Positions 1 through 10,239 of a stretch of DNA of 64,000 bases are shown piece after piece. The DNA is from an uncultured Candidatus Binatia bacterium. Its GTDB lineage: Bacteria; Desulfobacterota; Binatia; UBA9968; JAJDTQ01. Numbering within the stretch: position 1 is the stretch's first letter; every line of letters begins with the position of its first letter. Where the stretch lies: assembly GCA_965213675.1 (NCBI GenBank), contig OZ243916.1, forward strand, positions 3,040,001 through 3,104,000, read 5' to 3'. The notes under the pieces are model-generated. The model was not told the DNA's origin. It did no database searches and saw only the letters and a list, made by a program, of their open reading frames with translations. Both the position numbers and the translations under genes were made by a program.

Positions 1-213
1 AAGGTCCTCGTCCCCCAGCCACTGGCTGACGAGCAGCGCCAGAGCCTCGTGTCCGTGGTAAGCCGCATGACCGGCAAGGATGCCGTACTCACCGAGGAAG
101 TGGATTTGACCATTCTCGGCGGCATCATCGTCGAAGTCGGCGGCAAGGTCTATGACGGGAGCGTGCGCACGCAGCTTCACACTCTCAGACAGAACATCGA
201 GAGGACCTACTAA
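1..213 (+). CDS. atpH: ATP synthase F1 delta subunit, C-terminal part (5' truncated by window)
   Basis: Frame 1 reads ...[28 protein letters not shown]..., the OSCP/delta C-terminal motif; TAA at 211-213, directly upstream of atpA. Confidence 0.9.
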   Translation, partial: KVLVPQPLADEQRQSLVSVVSRMTGKDAVLTEEVDLTILGGIIVEVGGKVYDGSVRTQLHTLRQNIERTY

Positions 214-233
214 ACAGTCCAAGGGAGCCAGCC

Positions 234-1742
234 ATGGAGATCGGCACCGCCGAGATAACCAGCATCATCAAGAAGCAGATCGAAGACTACGACAAGGCCG
301 TCAAGGTGGAGGAAGTGGGCACGGTGCTGTCCACAGGCGACGGCATTGCGCGCATCTACGGTCTGGACAACGCCGCGGCGGGCGAGTTGCTGGAGTTCCC
401 GAACAACGTCTACGGCATGGCGCTGAACCTCGAGGAAGACAACGTCGGCTCCGCGCTCTTTGGTGAGTCACACCTGATCAAGGAAGGCGACCGGGTCAGC
501 CGCACGGGCCGCATCGTCGAGGTGCCCGTGGGCGACGCCTTGAGAGGGCGCGTGGTTTCCCCGCTCGGCGAGCCCCTCGACGGCCGCGGTCCCATCGAAA
601 CCGACCAACGGCGCCGGGTCGAGCTCAAGGCGCCGGGCATCGTCGCGCGCCAGCCGGTTACGCAGCCGCTGCAGACGGGCCTCAAGGCCATCGACTCCAT
701 GATCCCCATCGGACGGGGCCAGCGCGAGTTGATCATCGGCGACCGCCAGACCGGCAAGACCGCCGTGTGTCTCGACACCATCATCAACCAGAAGGGCGGC
801 GACGTCACCTGCATCTACGTCGCCATCGGCCAGAAGCGCTCCACCGTGGCGCAGGTGGTGGAGGAACTGCGGCACGCCGGCGCCATGGACTACACCATCG
901 TGGTCGCGGCCACGGCCTCGGAGTCCGCGCCGCTCCAGTACATTGCCCCCTACAGCGGCTGCACCATGGGCGAGTACTTCCGCGACAACGGCCAGCACGC
1001 GCTTGCCATCTACGACGACCTGTCCAAGCACGCGGTGGCCTACCGGCAACTCTCCCTGCTGCTGCGCCGGCCGCCGGGGCGCGAGGCCTTCCCGGGGGAC
1101 GTTTTCTACCTGCATTCCCGGTTGTTGGAACGCGCCGCCAAGCTGAGCGAGGCACTCGGCGGTGGGTCGCTGACGGCGTTGCCGATCATCGAGACCCAGG
1201 CCGGTGACGTGTCGGCTTACGTCCCCACGAACGTCATTTCCATCACCGACGGCCAGATATACCTCGAGACCGACCTGTTCTACTCGGGCGTCCGGCCGGC
1301 CATCAACGTCGGCCTGTCGGTTTCCCGTGTGGGCGGCAACGCGCAGATCCGCGCCATGAAGCAGGTCGCGGGCGGCCTTCGGCTGGACTTGGCCCAGTAC
1401 CGCGAAATGGCCGCCTTTGCCCAGTTCGGCTCGGACCTCGACGCCGCCACCCAACGGCAGATCGCCCGCGGCAGCCGGCTCGTGGAGATCCTCAAGCAGG
1501 GACAGTACGAGCCCATGCCGGTGGAGAAGCAGGTGCTCATCATCTATGCCGGCACCAACGGTTTTGTGGATCAGATCGCTCCCGAAAGCCTGCCGCGATA
1601 CCAGAGCGGGTTGTTCGAGTTCGTGGAGTCGCAGCACCCGGACCTGCTGCCGTCCATCGTGGACAAGGGCCAGATCGACGACGACATCAAGGGGCAGGTC
1701 GAGAAGGCGTTGCAGGAATACAGCCAACGGTTCGAAGCATAA
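234..1742 (+). CDS. atpA: ATP synthase F1 alpha subunit
   Basis: GDRQTGKT Walker A; [25 protein letters not shown] motif. Confidence 0.99.
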   Translation: MEIGTAEITSIIKKQIEDYDKAVKVEEVGTVLSTGDGIARIYGLDNAAAGELLEFPNNVYGMALNLEEDNVGSALFGESHLIKEGDRVSRTGRIVEVPVGDALRGRVVSPLGEPLDGRGPIETDQRRRVELKAPGIVARQPVTQPLQTGLKAIDSMIPIGRGQRELIIGDRQTGKTAVCLDTIINQKGGDVTCIYVAIGQKRSTVAQVVEELRHAGAMDYTIVVAATASESAPLQYIAPYSGCTMGEYFRDNGQHALAIYDDLSKHAVAYRQLSLLLRRPPGREAFPGDVFYLHSRLLERAAKLSEALGGGSLTALPIIETQAGDVSAYVPTNVISITDGQIYLETDLFYSGVRPAINVGLSVSRVGGNAQIRAMKQVAGGLRLDLAQYREMAAFAQFGSDLDAATQRQIARGSRLVEILKQGQYEPMPVEKQVLIIYAGTNGFVDQIAPESLPRYQSGLFEFVESQHPDLLPSIVDKGQIDDDIKGQVEKALQEYSQRFEA

Positions 1743-2600
1743 GTGCCCTCTCTCAAGGACATAAGAAAACGCATCGCCTCGGTGCGCAACACGCAGCAGA
1801 TCACCAAGGCGATGAAGATGGTGGCGGCGGCCAAGCTGCGCCGGGCGCACGAGGCCGCGGTGGAGTCGCGGCCGTATGCCGAAAAGATGCGGGAACTCCT
1901 GGCGAACCTGTCCGCGCGAGTATCCGAGGACAGTCATCCGTTGCTGGTGGCGCGCGAGGAGAAACGTCTCGACGTCCTTTTCGTCACCACGGATCGAGGC
2001 CTGTGCGGCGGTTACAACAGCAATCTGTTCCGGCTGTCGGAGAACTTTCTCGGGGATCATCCGGAGCAGGAAGTGTCGTTCCGGTTCGTCGGGCGCAAGG
2101 GTGCGGATTTCTACCGCCGCCGCGGCACGAGCGCCATGGATGACTCTCCGGTAATGTGGCAGGCGCCGCCTGAAGAGATCGCGGCGGCCGCCGCCAACCG
2201 CTTCATCGGCCGATACCTGCGCGGCGAGTCGGACGGCGCCTATATTCTTTACAGCCAGTTCCGCTCCGCCCTGTCGCAGGCGCCCACAGTGGCCCGGTTG
2301 ATCCCCGTGGCGCCCGCCAAAGTGGACGACGGCCAGCATCTGACCGAGTACCTGCTCGAGCCGAGCATCGGCGATCTGCTTTCCAACCTGTTGCCCAAGA
2401 GCGTCGAGGTGCAGATCTACCAGGCCTTGCTCGAGGCTGTCGCGGGCGAGCACGGTGCCCGCATGACTGCCATGGAGTCCGCCACCAGCAACGCTTCGGA
2501 CCTGATCAGCCAACTGACGCTTCAGATGAACCGGGCGCGGCAGGCGGCGATCACCAAGGAGCTTCTGGAAGTGGTCTCCACCGCGGAGGCATTGGGCTGA
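1743..2600 (+). CDS. atpG: ATP synthase F1 gamma subunit
   Basis: ITKAMKMVAAAK, DRGLCGGYN and NRARQAAITKEL motifs. Confidence 0.98.
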   Translation: MPSLKDIRKRIASVRNTQQITKAMKMVAAAKLRRAHEAAVESRPYAEKMRELLANLSARVSEDSHPLLVAREEKRLDVLFVTTDRGLCGGYNSNLFRLSENFLGDHPEQEVSFRFVGRKGADFYRRRGTSAMDDSPVMWQAPPEEIAAAAANRFIGRYLRGESDGAYILYSQFRSALSQAPTVARLIPVAPAKVDDGQHLTEYLLEPSIGDLLSNLLPKSVEVQIYQALLEAVAGEHGARMTAMESATSNASDLISQLTLQMNRARQAAITKELLEVVSTAEALG

Positions 2601-2727
2601 CGCGTGGAGACGGGTTTCAAGCCCGTGCGCGTGACGACCGTGAACGCAGTACAAACCCGAATGCTTTGATTGAAGGACCACTCGACCAAGGGAACCGCGG
2701 ATGGTCGCGCCTTGACCAAGCCGGTAA

Positions 2728-4254
<1,527 letters not shown>

Positions 4255-4257
4255 ATC

Positions 4258-4668
4258 ATGGCCGGCGATATCTCACTCCGCGTGGTCACGCCCGTGCGCC
4301 TGGTGCTGGAAGAGCGGGTGGACGAGTTGACCGCGCCCGGTCCGCTCGGCCAACTCGGCATCCTGCCCGACCACGCCGCCCTCGTGACCACCCTCGACGT
4401 CGGTCAGCTCAGCTACAAACAGGGTGGCTCCACTTCGGTGGTCACCCTGGCCGGCGGCTACGCCGAAGTGCTCGACAACGTGGTGACGGTGCTCGCCGAC
4501 GCGTCCGAATTTCCTGCCGAGATCGACCCCGCCCGCGCCGAACGCGCCCGTGCAAGAGCCGAGCGCGCCCTTGACGAGACCGACCCCACCGACGAAGAGG
4601 CGCGGGCGGCGGCCAGCGCCGCCCTGCAACGCGCCCGCCTGAGGCTCGACACCGCCAGTCAGCGCTGA
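4258..4668 (+). CDS. atpC: ATP synthase F1 epsilon subunit
   Basis: VVTP...GQLGILPDHA...GGYAEV pattern; operon position. Confidence 0.96.
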   Translation: MAGDISLRVVTPVRLVLEERVDELTAPGPLGQLGILPDHAALVTTLDVGQLSYKQGGSTSVVTLAGGYAEVLDNVVTVLADASEFPAEIDPARAERARARAERALDETDPTDEEARAAASAALQRARLRLDTASQR

Positions 4669-4703
4669 CGCCAAGCCAGCACCGAGTCGCACGAAGCTCC
4701 ACT

Positions 4704-4868
4704 CTAGTGTGGTGTCTGGTTAATTCGGGTCATAATGTGCGGAGGATATTTTGTTGTCGGCAAGGCGCGATGACGAGCAGTGGCGTGTACCACGCGAGGA
4801 AGAGCAACGCAGCCGACGGCGAAAAAGACCCGCAGATTATGACGCGAATTAACCAGACACCACACTAG
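4704..4868. mobile_element. 165-bp CTAG-bounded palindromic MITE-like element, copy 1 (arm type A)
   Basis: Left end CTAGTGTGGTGTCTGGTTAATTCGGGTCATAATGTGCGG is nearly the reverse complement of right end CCGCAGATTATGACGCGAATTAACCAGACACCACACTAG; near-identical inverted copy at 18685-18849. Confidence 0.88.
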
Positions 4869-4950
4869 CCAACATCCCAGGTAACGCCTGCGATCCGGCC
4901 CGATCCCGGCGCACTGGCCCGGCCGCAGGATTTCGGCTAAGATACCAATC

Positions 4951-6147
4951 ATGCTGCGCTATTTCACCGCTGGCGAGTCCCACGGCCCGTGTCTCACCGC
5001 CATCATCGAGGGGGTGCCGGCGGGATTCGACATCGATGTCGAGAAGGTCAACCATGATCTCTGGCGACGCCAGCAGGGCTACGGCCGGGGCGGCCGCATG
5101 CTCATCGAAAAGGACGAGGTGCAGGTGCGGTCTGGGTTGCGGTGGGGAAAGACCATCGGCTCGCCGGTCACCTTTGGCATCGACAACCGCGACTGGAAGA
5201 ACTGGACGAAGAAGATGTCCCCGTATGCGCAGGACGAGGGCCAGGCCATCGCGGTCAAGAAGCCGCGTCCGGGCCATGCCGACCTCGTGGGCGTCCTCAA
5301 GTACGGCCACTCGGACATCCGCAACATCCTCGAGCGCGCCAGCGCCCGCGAGACCGTCTCACGGGTCGCGGTGGGATCCTTCTGCAAGCAGCTCATCGAA
5401 CCGTTCGCGATCCAGGTCAGGGGCTACCTGCGGTCCCTCGGCGGCATTGAGGCGAACCTGGACGGGAAAAGCTACGACGAGATCTACGAGTTGGCCGAGA
5501 ACTCTCCGGTGCGCATGGCGGATCCGGAAGCCGAGAAAAAGGCCATCGCCCTCATCGATGAGTGCAAGAAGGAAGGCAACACCCTGGGCGGCATCTTCGA
5601 GGTCGTGGCCACGGGCGTCCCGCCGGGTCTGGGAAGCCATGTCCACTATGACCGGAAGCTGGACGGCCGGCTGGCCCAGAGCCTCATGAGCATCCAGGCC
5701 ATGAAGGGCGTGGAGATCGGACGGGGCTTCGACATCGCCATGCACCGCGGCTCCGAGGTGCACGATGAGATCTTCTTCGACCCCCAGCATATGATCTCCG
5801 ACACCAGGCCGCGCATGCAGCCTACCGATTTCTTCCGCGGCAGCAACAATGCCGGCGGCCTCGAAGGCGGCATGACCACCGGCGCGCCGCTGGTGGTGCG
5901 GGTTGCGATGAAGCCCATTTCCACCCTTATGAGCCCGCTTCAGTCCGTGAATCTCGACACCAAACAGCCCGAGGACGCCTCGGTAGAGCGGTCCGACGCC
6001 TGCGCCGCCCCCGCCGCGGCTGTCATTGGCGAGGCCATCGTCTCTTTCGAGCTGGCACGGGCGTTCCTGGAGAAGTTCGGCGGCGACTCGCTGGCGGAGG
6101 TCACCCGCAACTACGACGGGTACCTGGACCAGATCAAGAGCCTCTGA
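4951..6147 (+). CDS. aroC: Chorismate synthase
   Basis: TAGESHG, RPGHADL, ERASARET and MKPISTL motifs. Confidence 0.98.
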   Translation: MLRYFTAGESHGPCLTAIIEGVPAGFDIDVEKVNHDLWRRQQGYGRGGRMLIEKDEVQVRSGLRWGKTIGSPVTFGIDNRDWKNWTKKMSPYAQDEGQAIAVKKPRPGHADLVGVLKYGHSDIRNILERASARETVSRVAVGSFCKQLIEPFAIQVRGYLRSLGGIEANLDGKSYDEIYELAENSPVRMADPEAEKKAIALIDECKKEGNTLGGIFEVVATGVPPGLGSHVHYDRKLDGRLAQSLMSIQAMKGVEIGRGFDIAMHRGSEVHDEIFFDPQHMISDTRPRMQPTDFFRGSNNAGGLEGGMTTGAPLVVRVAMKPISTLMSPLQSVNLDTKQPEDASVERSDACAAPAAAVIGEAIVSFELARAFLEKFGGDSLAEVTRNYDGYLDQIKSL

Positions 6148-6156
6148 GGCCGCGTC

Positions 6157-6672
6157 ATTACGGACTACGCGAACATCGCCCTCACCGGTTTCATGGCCGC
6201 CGGCAAGACCGTGGCAGGCCGGCGGCTGGCGCGGTCCCTGGACTGGTCGTTCGTCGATCTGGACGGCGTCATCGAGGAAGGCGAAGGGCGACCCATCCGG
6301 GAGATCTTCAGCCACCGCGGCGAAGGCTATTTCCGCGAACGCGAGAAGGCGGCCCTGGGGCAGGTGCTGGAAGGGTCCAGGCAGGTCATCGCCTTGGGAG
6401 GCGGCGCGGTGGTGGACCCGGAAAACCTGAGGCTGCTCAAGCAGCGCAGCCTGCTGATCTGGCTCAGGGTGTCGCCCGAGACGGTTCTGAGCAGGGTGCG
6501 GCGGAACGATGACCGCCCGTTGCTCCGGGGTCCCGACCGGCTCAAGCGGATCGAGGAGCTGTCGGCGCAGCGGGAAGGCATCTACGCCGAGGCTCATGTC
6601 GCCGTGGACACCGATGGGCTGACGGAAGACGAGGTAGTTCGGCGCATCCAACAGCAGCTATGCAGACCGTAA
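6157..6672 (+). CDS. aroK: Shikimate kinase (start uncertain: ATT at 6157 proposed; first ATG at 6193 lies inside the P-loop)
   Basis: NIALTGFMAAGKT Walker A, FVDLD, GEGYFRERE, GGG and RPLL motifs. Confidence 0.92.
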   Translation: MTDYANIALTGFMAAGKTVAGRRLARSLDWSFVDLDGVIEEGEGRPIREIFSHRGEGYFREREKAALGQVLEGSRQVIALGGGAVVDPENLRLLKQRSLLIWLRVSPETVLSRVRRNDDRPLLRGPDRLKRIEELSAQREGIYAEAHVAVDTDGLTEDEVVRRIQQQLCRP

Positions 6673-7742
6673 CCGTCAATCTGGGACAGCGCTCCTATCC
6701 CATCGAGCTGGGCCAGGGACTGCTCTCGCGAATCGGCGAGCTGATGAAGGCCCAGGGCATCGGCGGCCGGGTCGGCATCGTGTCGAATCCGCCGGTGGCC
6801 GACCTTTACGGGGACCAGGTCCGGGAGTCCCTGGAGGCGGCGGGCTTCGACACTACGACGGTGCTGATACCGGAGGGCGAGGCGTACAAGAACGCGGCGT
6901 CCCTGGGCTTGATCTACGACGCGCTGGTGGAGCACCGCTTCGACCGGAGCGCCACGCTCATCGCCTTGGGCGGCGGCGTCATCGGCGACATCACCGGTTT
7001 CGCCGCGGCCACGTTCCTGCGCGGCATCGGCTATGTACAGATCCCCACGACGCTGCTGGCGCAAGTAGACGCGAGCGTGGGCGGCAAGACCGCGGTCAAC
7101 CACGCGCAGGGCAAGAACCTCATCGGCGCCTTTCATCAACCGCGCCTCGTGGTCATCGACCTGGACACCCTGCGCACCCTGCCGCGGCGGGAGTACGCCG
7201 CAGGTCTGGCCGAGGTGATCAAGTACGGCATCATCGAGGATGCGGCATTCTTTGGCTTTCTGGAAGAGGAGATGGATGCGCTGCTGGAGATCGACGCCGG
7301 GGCGGTGGAGCGCGCCGTGGCGGCATCGTGCCGCATCAAGGCCGCCGTGGTGGAGCAGGACGAGCGCGAATCCGACCGCCGCGCCATTCTGAACTTCGGC
7401 CACACCATCGGCCACGCGCTGGAAGCCTTTACCGGCTATGAACGCTTTCTCCACGGCGAGGCCGTGGCTGTCGGCATGATCCAGGCGGCGGACTTGTCCG
7501 CGGGACAAGGCCTGTGCCGCGCTGCCGATGTGAAGCGCATCGACGCGCTGGTGCGCGGGGCAGGCCTGCCTTGGCGGATTCCCGACGATATCGCCCTGGA
7601 AGACCTCATCGCCGGGATGGCGCTGGACAAGAAGTCGCACGCGGGCAAGATCAAGTTCGTACTTTGCGAGGGCATCGGCGGCACCCGTTTCCAGTGGTTC
7701 TCCCCAGAGGAGATCGTCCGGGAGCTGACGCTGCGGCCTTGA
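6660..7742 (+). CDS. aroB: 3-dehydroquinate synthase
   Basis: ALGGGVIGD, PTTLLAQVDASVGGKT and LNFGHTIGHALE motifs. Confidence 0.98.
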   Translation: MQTVTVNLGQRSYPIELGQGLLSRIGELMKAQGIGGRVGIVSNPPVADLYGDQVRESLEAAGFDTTTVLIPEGEAYKNAASLGLIYDALVEHRFDRSATLIALGGGVIGDITGFAAATFLRGIGYVQIPTTLLAQVDASVGGKTAVNHAQGKNLIGAFHQPRLVVIDLDTLRTLPRREYAAGLAEVIKYGIIEDAAFFGFLEEEMDALLEIDAGAVERAVAASCRIKAAVVEQDERESDRRAILNFGHTIGHALEAFTGYERFLHGEAVAVGMIQAADLSAGQGLCRAADVKRIDALVRGAGLPWRIPDDIALEDLIAGMALDKKSHAGKIKFVLCEGIGGTRFQWFSPEEIVRELTLRP

Positions 7743-7772
7743 CCAGACAAGACACCGAGCGCGCGTTCGACG

Positions 7773-7934
7773 GCAGGGGCGACCGGCCGGCGGCCCCTGC
7801 GGAGATACACCACCGGACCCCGCATAGCCTTTCCACACCCTGTCCTTCACGTGCTGCGGGGCGACCGGGCGGTGGCCTCAGCGAGGAAACACCACCGGAC
7901 CTGACAGGTCGGGTGACCGGCGGATCGCCCGTGC
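7773..7934. repeat. Cluster of three degenerate REP-like palindromes
   Basis: GCAGGGGCGACCGGCCGGCGGCCCCTGC (7773-7800) and related copies near 7856 and 7909 in the aroB-aroQ spacer. Confidence 0.5.
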
Positions 7935-7965
7935 GGGGATCCACCACTGAACCCGGAGGCATGAC

Positions 7966-8409
7966 ATGCCTGACACCAAGATTCTGATACTCCACGGACC
8001 CAACCTGAACCTGCTGGGCGCGCGCGAGCCGGAGATCTACGGCCGTGACACCCTTGCGGACATCGACGCCCGCGTGGGCGCAATGGCCACGGAACTGGGC
8101 ATCGCCGTGGAAGCCCGCCAGTCCAACCACGAGGGCGAGCTGGTCACCTGGGTGCAGCAGGCCGCCACCGAGGGCTTCGGCGCCGTCATCATCAATGCCG
8201 GCGCATACACGCATACGAGCATCGCGCTACGGGACGCCCTGGCCGCGTGCGGATTGCCGGTCATCGAAGTCCACTTGTCCAACATCTACAAGCGCGAGGC
8301 CTTCCGGCATACATCGCTGATCGCTGATGTGGCGGTGGGGCAGATCGCGGGCTTCGGGGCGCAGAGCTATCTTCTGGCGTTGCGCGCCGCGTCAGCGATC
8401 CTGGGATAG
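7966..8409 (+). CDS. aroQ: Type II 3-dehydroquinate dehydratase
   Basis: [17 protein letters not shown] and [15 protein letters not shown] motifs. Confidence 0.98.
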   Translation: MPDTKILILHGPNLNLLGAREPEIYGRDTLADIDARVGAMATELGIAVEARQSNHEGELVTWVQQAATEGFGAVIINAGAYTHTSIALRDALAACGLPVIEVHLSNIYKREAFRHTSLIADVAVGQIAGFGAQSYLLALRAASAILG

Positions 8410-8453
8410 TCTCGTTTCCCACGTAAGGGTGACAAGCCAGAATCGACCAGTCC

Positions 8454-9689
8454 TTGGTCCGGCCGCTTTCCCGGCCGGCGGCGCGTTTCCACCGGAGCCT
8501 GATGACCCTCTCCCTGTTAATCCTTGCCCTGGTCACCGTCACCCACATCGTCGGGGCTTCGGCGCAGTACGGCATCAACACGTTCGCGCCGTTCTACCAG
8601 GATGAACTTGGCCTCACCCGCGCGCAGGTGGGGCTGTTCTTCACCGCCTTCTATATTGGCATGGCCGGCTTCTCGTTCACCGCCGGGTGGCTGAGCGACC
8701 GGCTCGGCGTGCGCCGGGCGTCGTTCATTGGCCACGTATTCGCTGGCACTGCCGTCATCATTGCCTCGTCGGCGCAGACCTTCGGCTGGGCCTTCGCGTG
8801 TTTCCTCCTCACCGGCCTTGGCTACAGCTTCTTGAACCCGGCCTCCACCAAGGGCGTGCTGATGTGGTTTCGACGGCAGCGCGCCACGGCCATGGGCATC
8901 AAGCAGACCGGCGTGCCCGCGGGCGGAGTGCTCACCGCCCTCGTGGGCGCGCCGATGGCGGCGATATTCGGCTGGCGCGCGACCTTGGCGGGCATGGGCG
9001 TGGTCAATGTGTTGTTCGGGGCGGCTTTCTGGTTCTTGTGGCGCGAGCCCGGCGACGCGGACCGGACCGGGGAAGCCCGGGCGGGGACCGCCGGCGCTCC
9101 CCGGCTGCGGATCCGAAGCCTGCTGGCCCTGAGTTGCGGCACCGCCCTGCTGCTCATCGGACAGATGTCGCTGCTCACCTACCTGCCGCTGTTTCTCAAG
9201 GAGAAACTGGCGTTTTCCACCGTCCACGCGAGCCAGTGGCTGTCCATCACTCAGGGCGGGGCGGTGCTCGGCCGCATCGGCTGGGGCACGGTGAGCGACC
9301 GCATCTACGGCGGCCGGCGCAAGATCGTGCTGGTGCTCATCGGCGGCATCTCGGTGCTGCTGTGCGCGGCGTTGAGCGCGCTGGACAAGGGCGTCTCGCC
9401 GTTCGTCCTGGTGCCAGTGACATTCCTCGGCGGGTTCACCATGATCGGCTATCAGGGCGTCTCCTACTCCCTGATCAGCGAGATCGCCGGGCAGTCCCGC
9501 GCCGGCATGGCCCTGGGCCTGATGATCACCATCAACGCCCTTGGCACCGTGGTGGGCACACCTACCTTCGGCTACATCGTCGACGCCACCGGCTCCTACG
9601 CCATCGCCTGGCAGGCGCTGGCGGGCGTGCTGGCGTTGGGAACGGCGAACATCGCCGTGTTCGTGACCGAGGCGGAGCGGCGGCCTTGA
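8454..9689 (+). CDS. Major facilitator superfamily transporter
   Basis: About 12 hydrophobic segments; motif A GWLSDRLGVRR and second-half GTVSDRIYGGRRK; start codon approximate. Confidence 0.9.
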   Translation: MVRPLSRPAARFHRSLMTLSLLILALVTVTHIVGASAQYGINTFAPFYQDELGLTRAQVGLFFTAFYIGMAGFSFTAGWLSDRLGVRRASFIGHVFAGTAVIIASSAQTFGWAFACFLLTGLGYSFLNPASTKGVLMWFRRQRATAMGIKQTGVPAGGVLTALVGAPMAAIFGWRATLAGMGVVNVLFGAAFWFLWREPGDADRTGEARAGTAGAPRLRIRSLLALSCGTALLLIGQMSLLTYLPLFLKEKLAFSTVHASQWLSITQGGAVLGRIGWGTVSDRIYGGRRKIVLVLIGGISVLLCAALSALDKGVSPFVLVPVTFLGGFTMIGYQGVSYSLISEIAGQSRAGMALGLMITINALGTVVGTPTFGYIVDATGSYAIAWQALAGVLALGTANIAVFVTEAERRP

Positions 9690-10102
9690 TCGGGTGTCGT
9701 GTCCCGCAAGTTCCCGCGATCAGGTTTCAGCCATTATGGCGGGCGCAGGTCCGAGGCGCTGCGTCCCAAGTGGGAGTACGTTCACGGCGTCCGCACGGTC
9801 CGGCCCGCACCGAGGCGGACGGTCGTGCGCGAAGCATCGTCGGCGACGGTGACAGGACTGCCGCGCGTCGTGTCGCGCAGACGTGCGCGCGCTATTGTTT
9901 CCCCCCCGGGTTTGATTTACAGTAAACTGAACGGCGTAGTTTACGCTCGGTAAATTCGCGCGCTGTGCGCATCGGCAAGCCGGGCGACAGATTCGGAGAG
10001 ATCGGGATGACTATCTTCAACGAAGGACGACATTCGATCCGCGCGCTGTCTGCGGCGCTTGGGATCATCGCCGGGCGCGCGAAACATTGTTTCGTGCAGG
10101 GG

Positions 10103-10132
10103 TTGACAAGGGCTGAGGGCTCCCCTCACCAT
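10103..10132 (+). promoter_or_regulatory. Putative sigma70 promoter of the adhesin gene
   Basis: TTGACA (10103-10108), 18 nt, CACCAT; spacer contains the small inverted repeat TGAGGG-CTC-CCCTCA. Confidence 0.45.
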
Positions 10133-10225
10133 ATCGCCGGATCGCCGGATCGCCGGATCGCCGGATCGCCGGATCGCCGGATCGCCGGATCGCCGGATCG
10201 CCGGATCGCCGGATCGCCGGATCGC
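10133..10225. repeat. Perfect tandem repeat (ATCGCCGG) x11 plus a partial unit
   Basis: Read directly from sequence; ends 14 nt before the ATG at 10240. Confidence 0.97.
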
Positions 10226-10239
10226 GCCCGTGTGCCGGC

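Noticed and set aside
4704-4952. Short ORFs crossing the 165-bp elements (4704-4952, 18523-18849, 34007-34213)
   Set aside because: They are translations of the repeat itself, with no RBS or homology evidence
10133-10225. Tandem array as a CRISPR, or IAGSPDRR / IRRSGDPA repeat peptides as proteins
   Set aside because: No spacers and no cas genes; the peptides are translations of an 8-bp microsatellite
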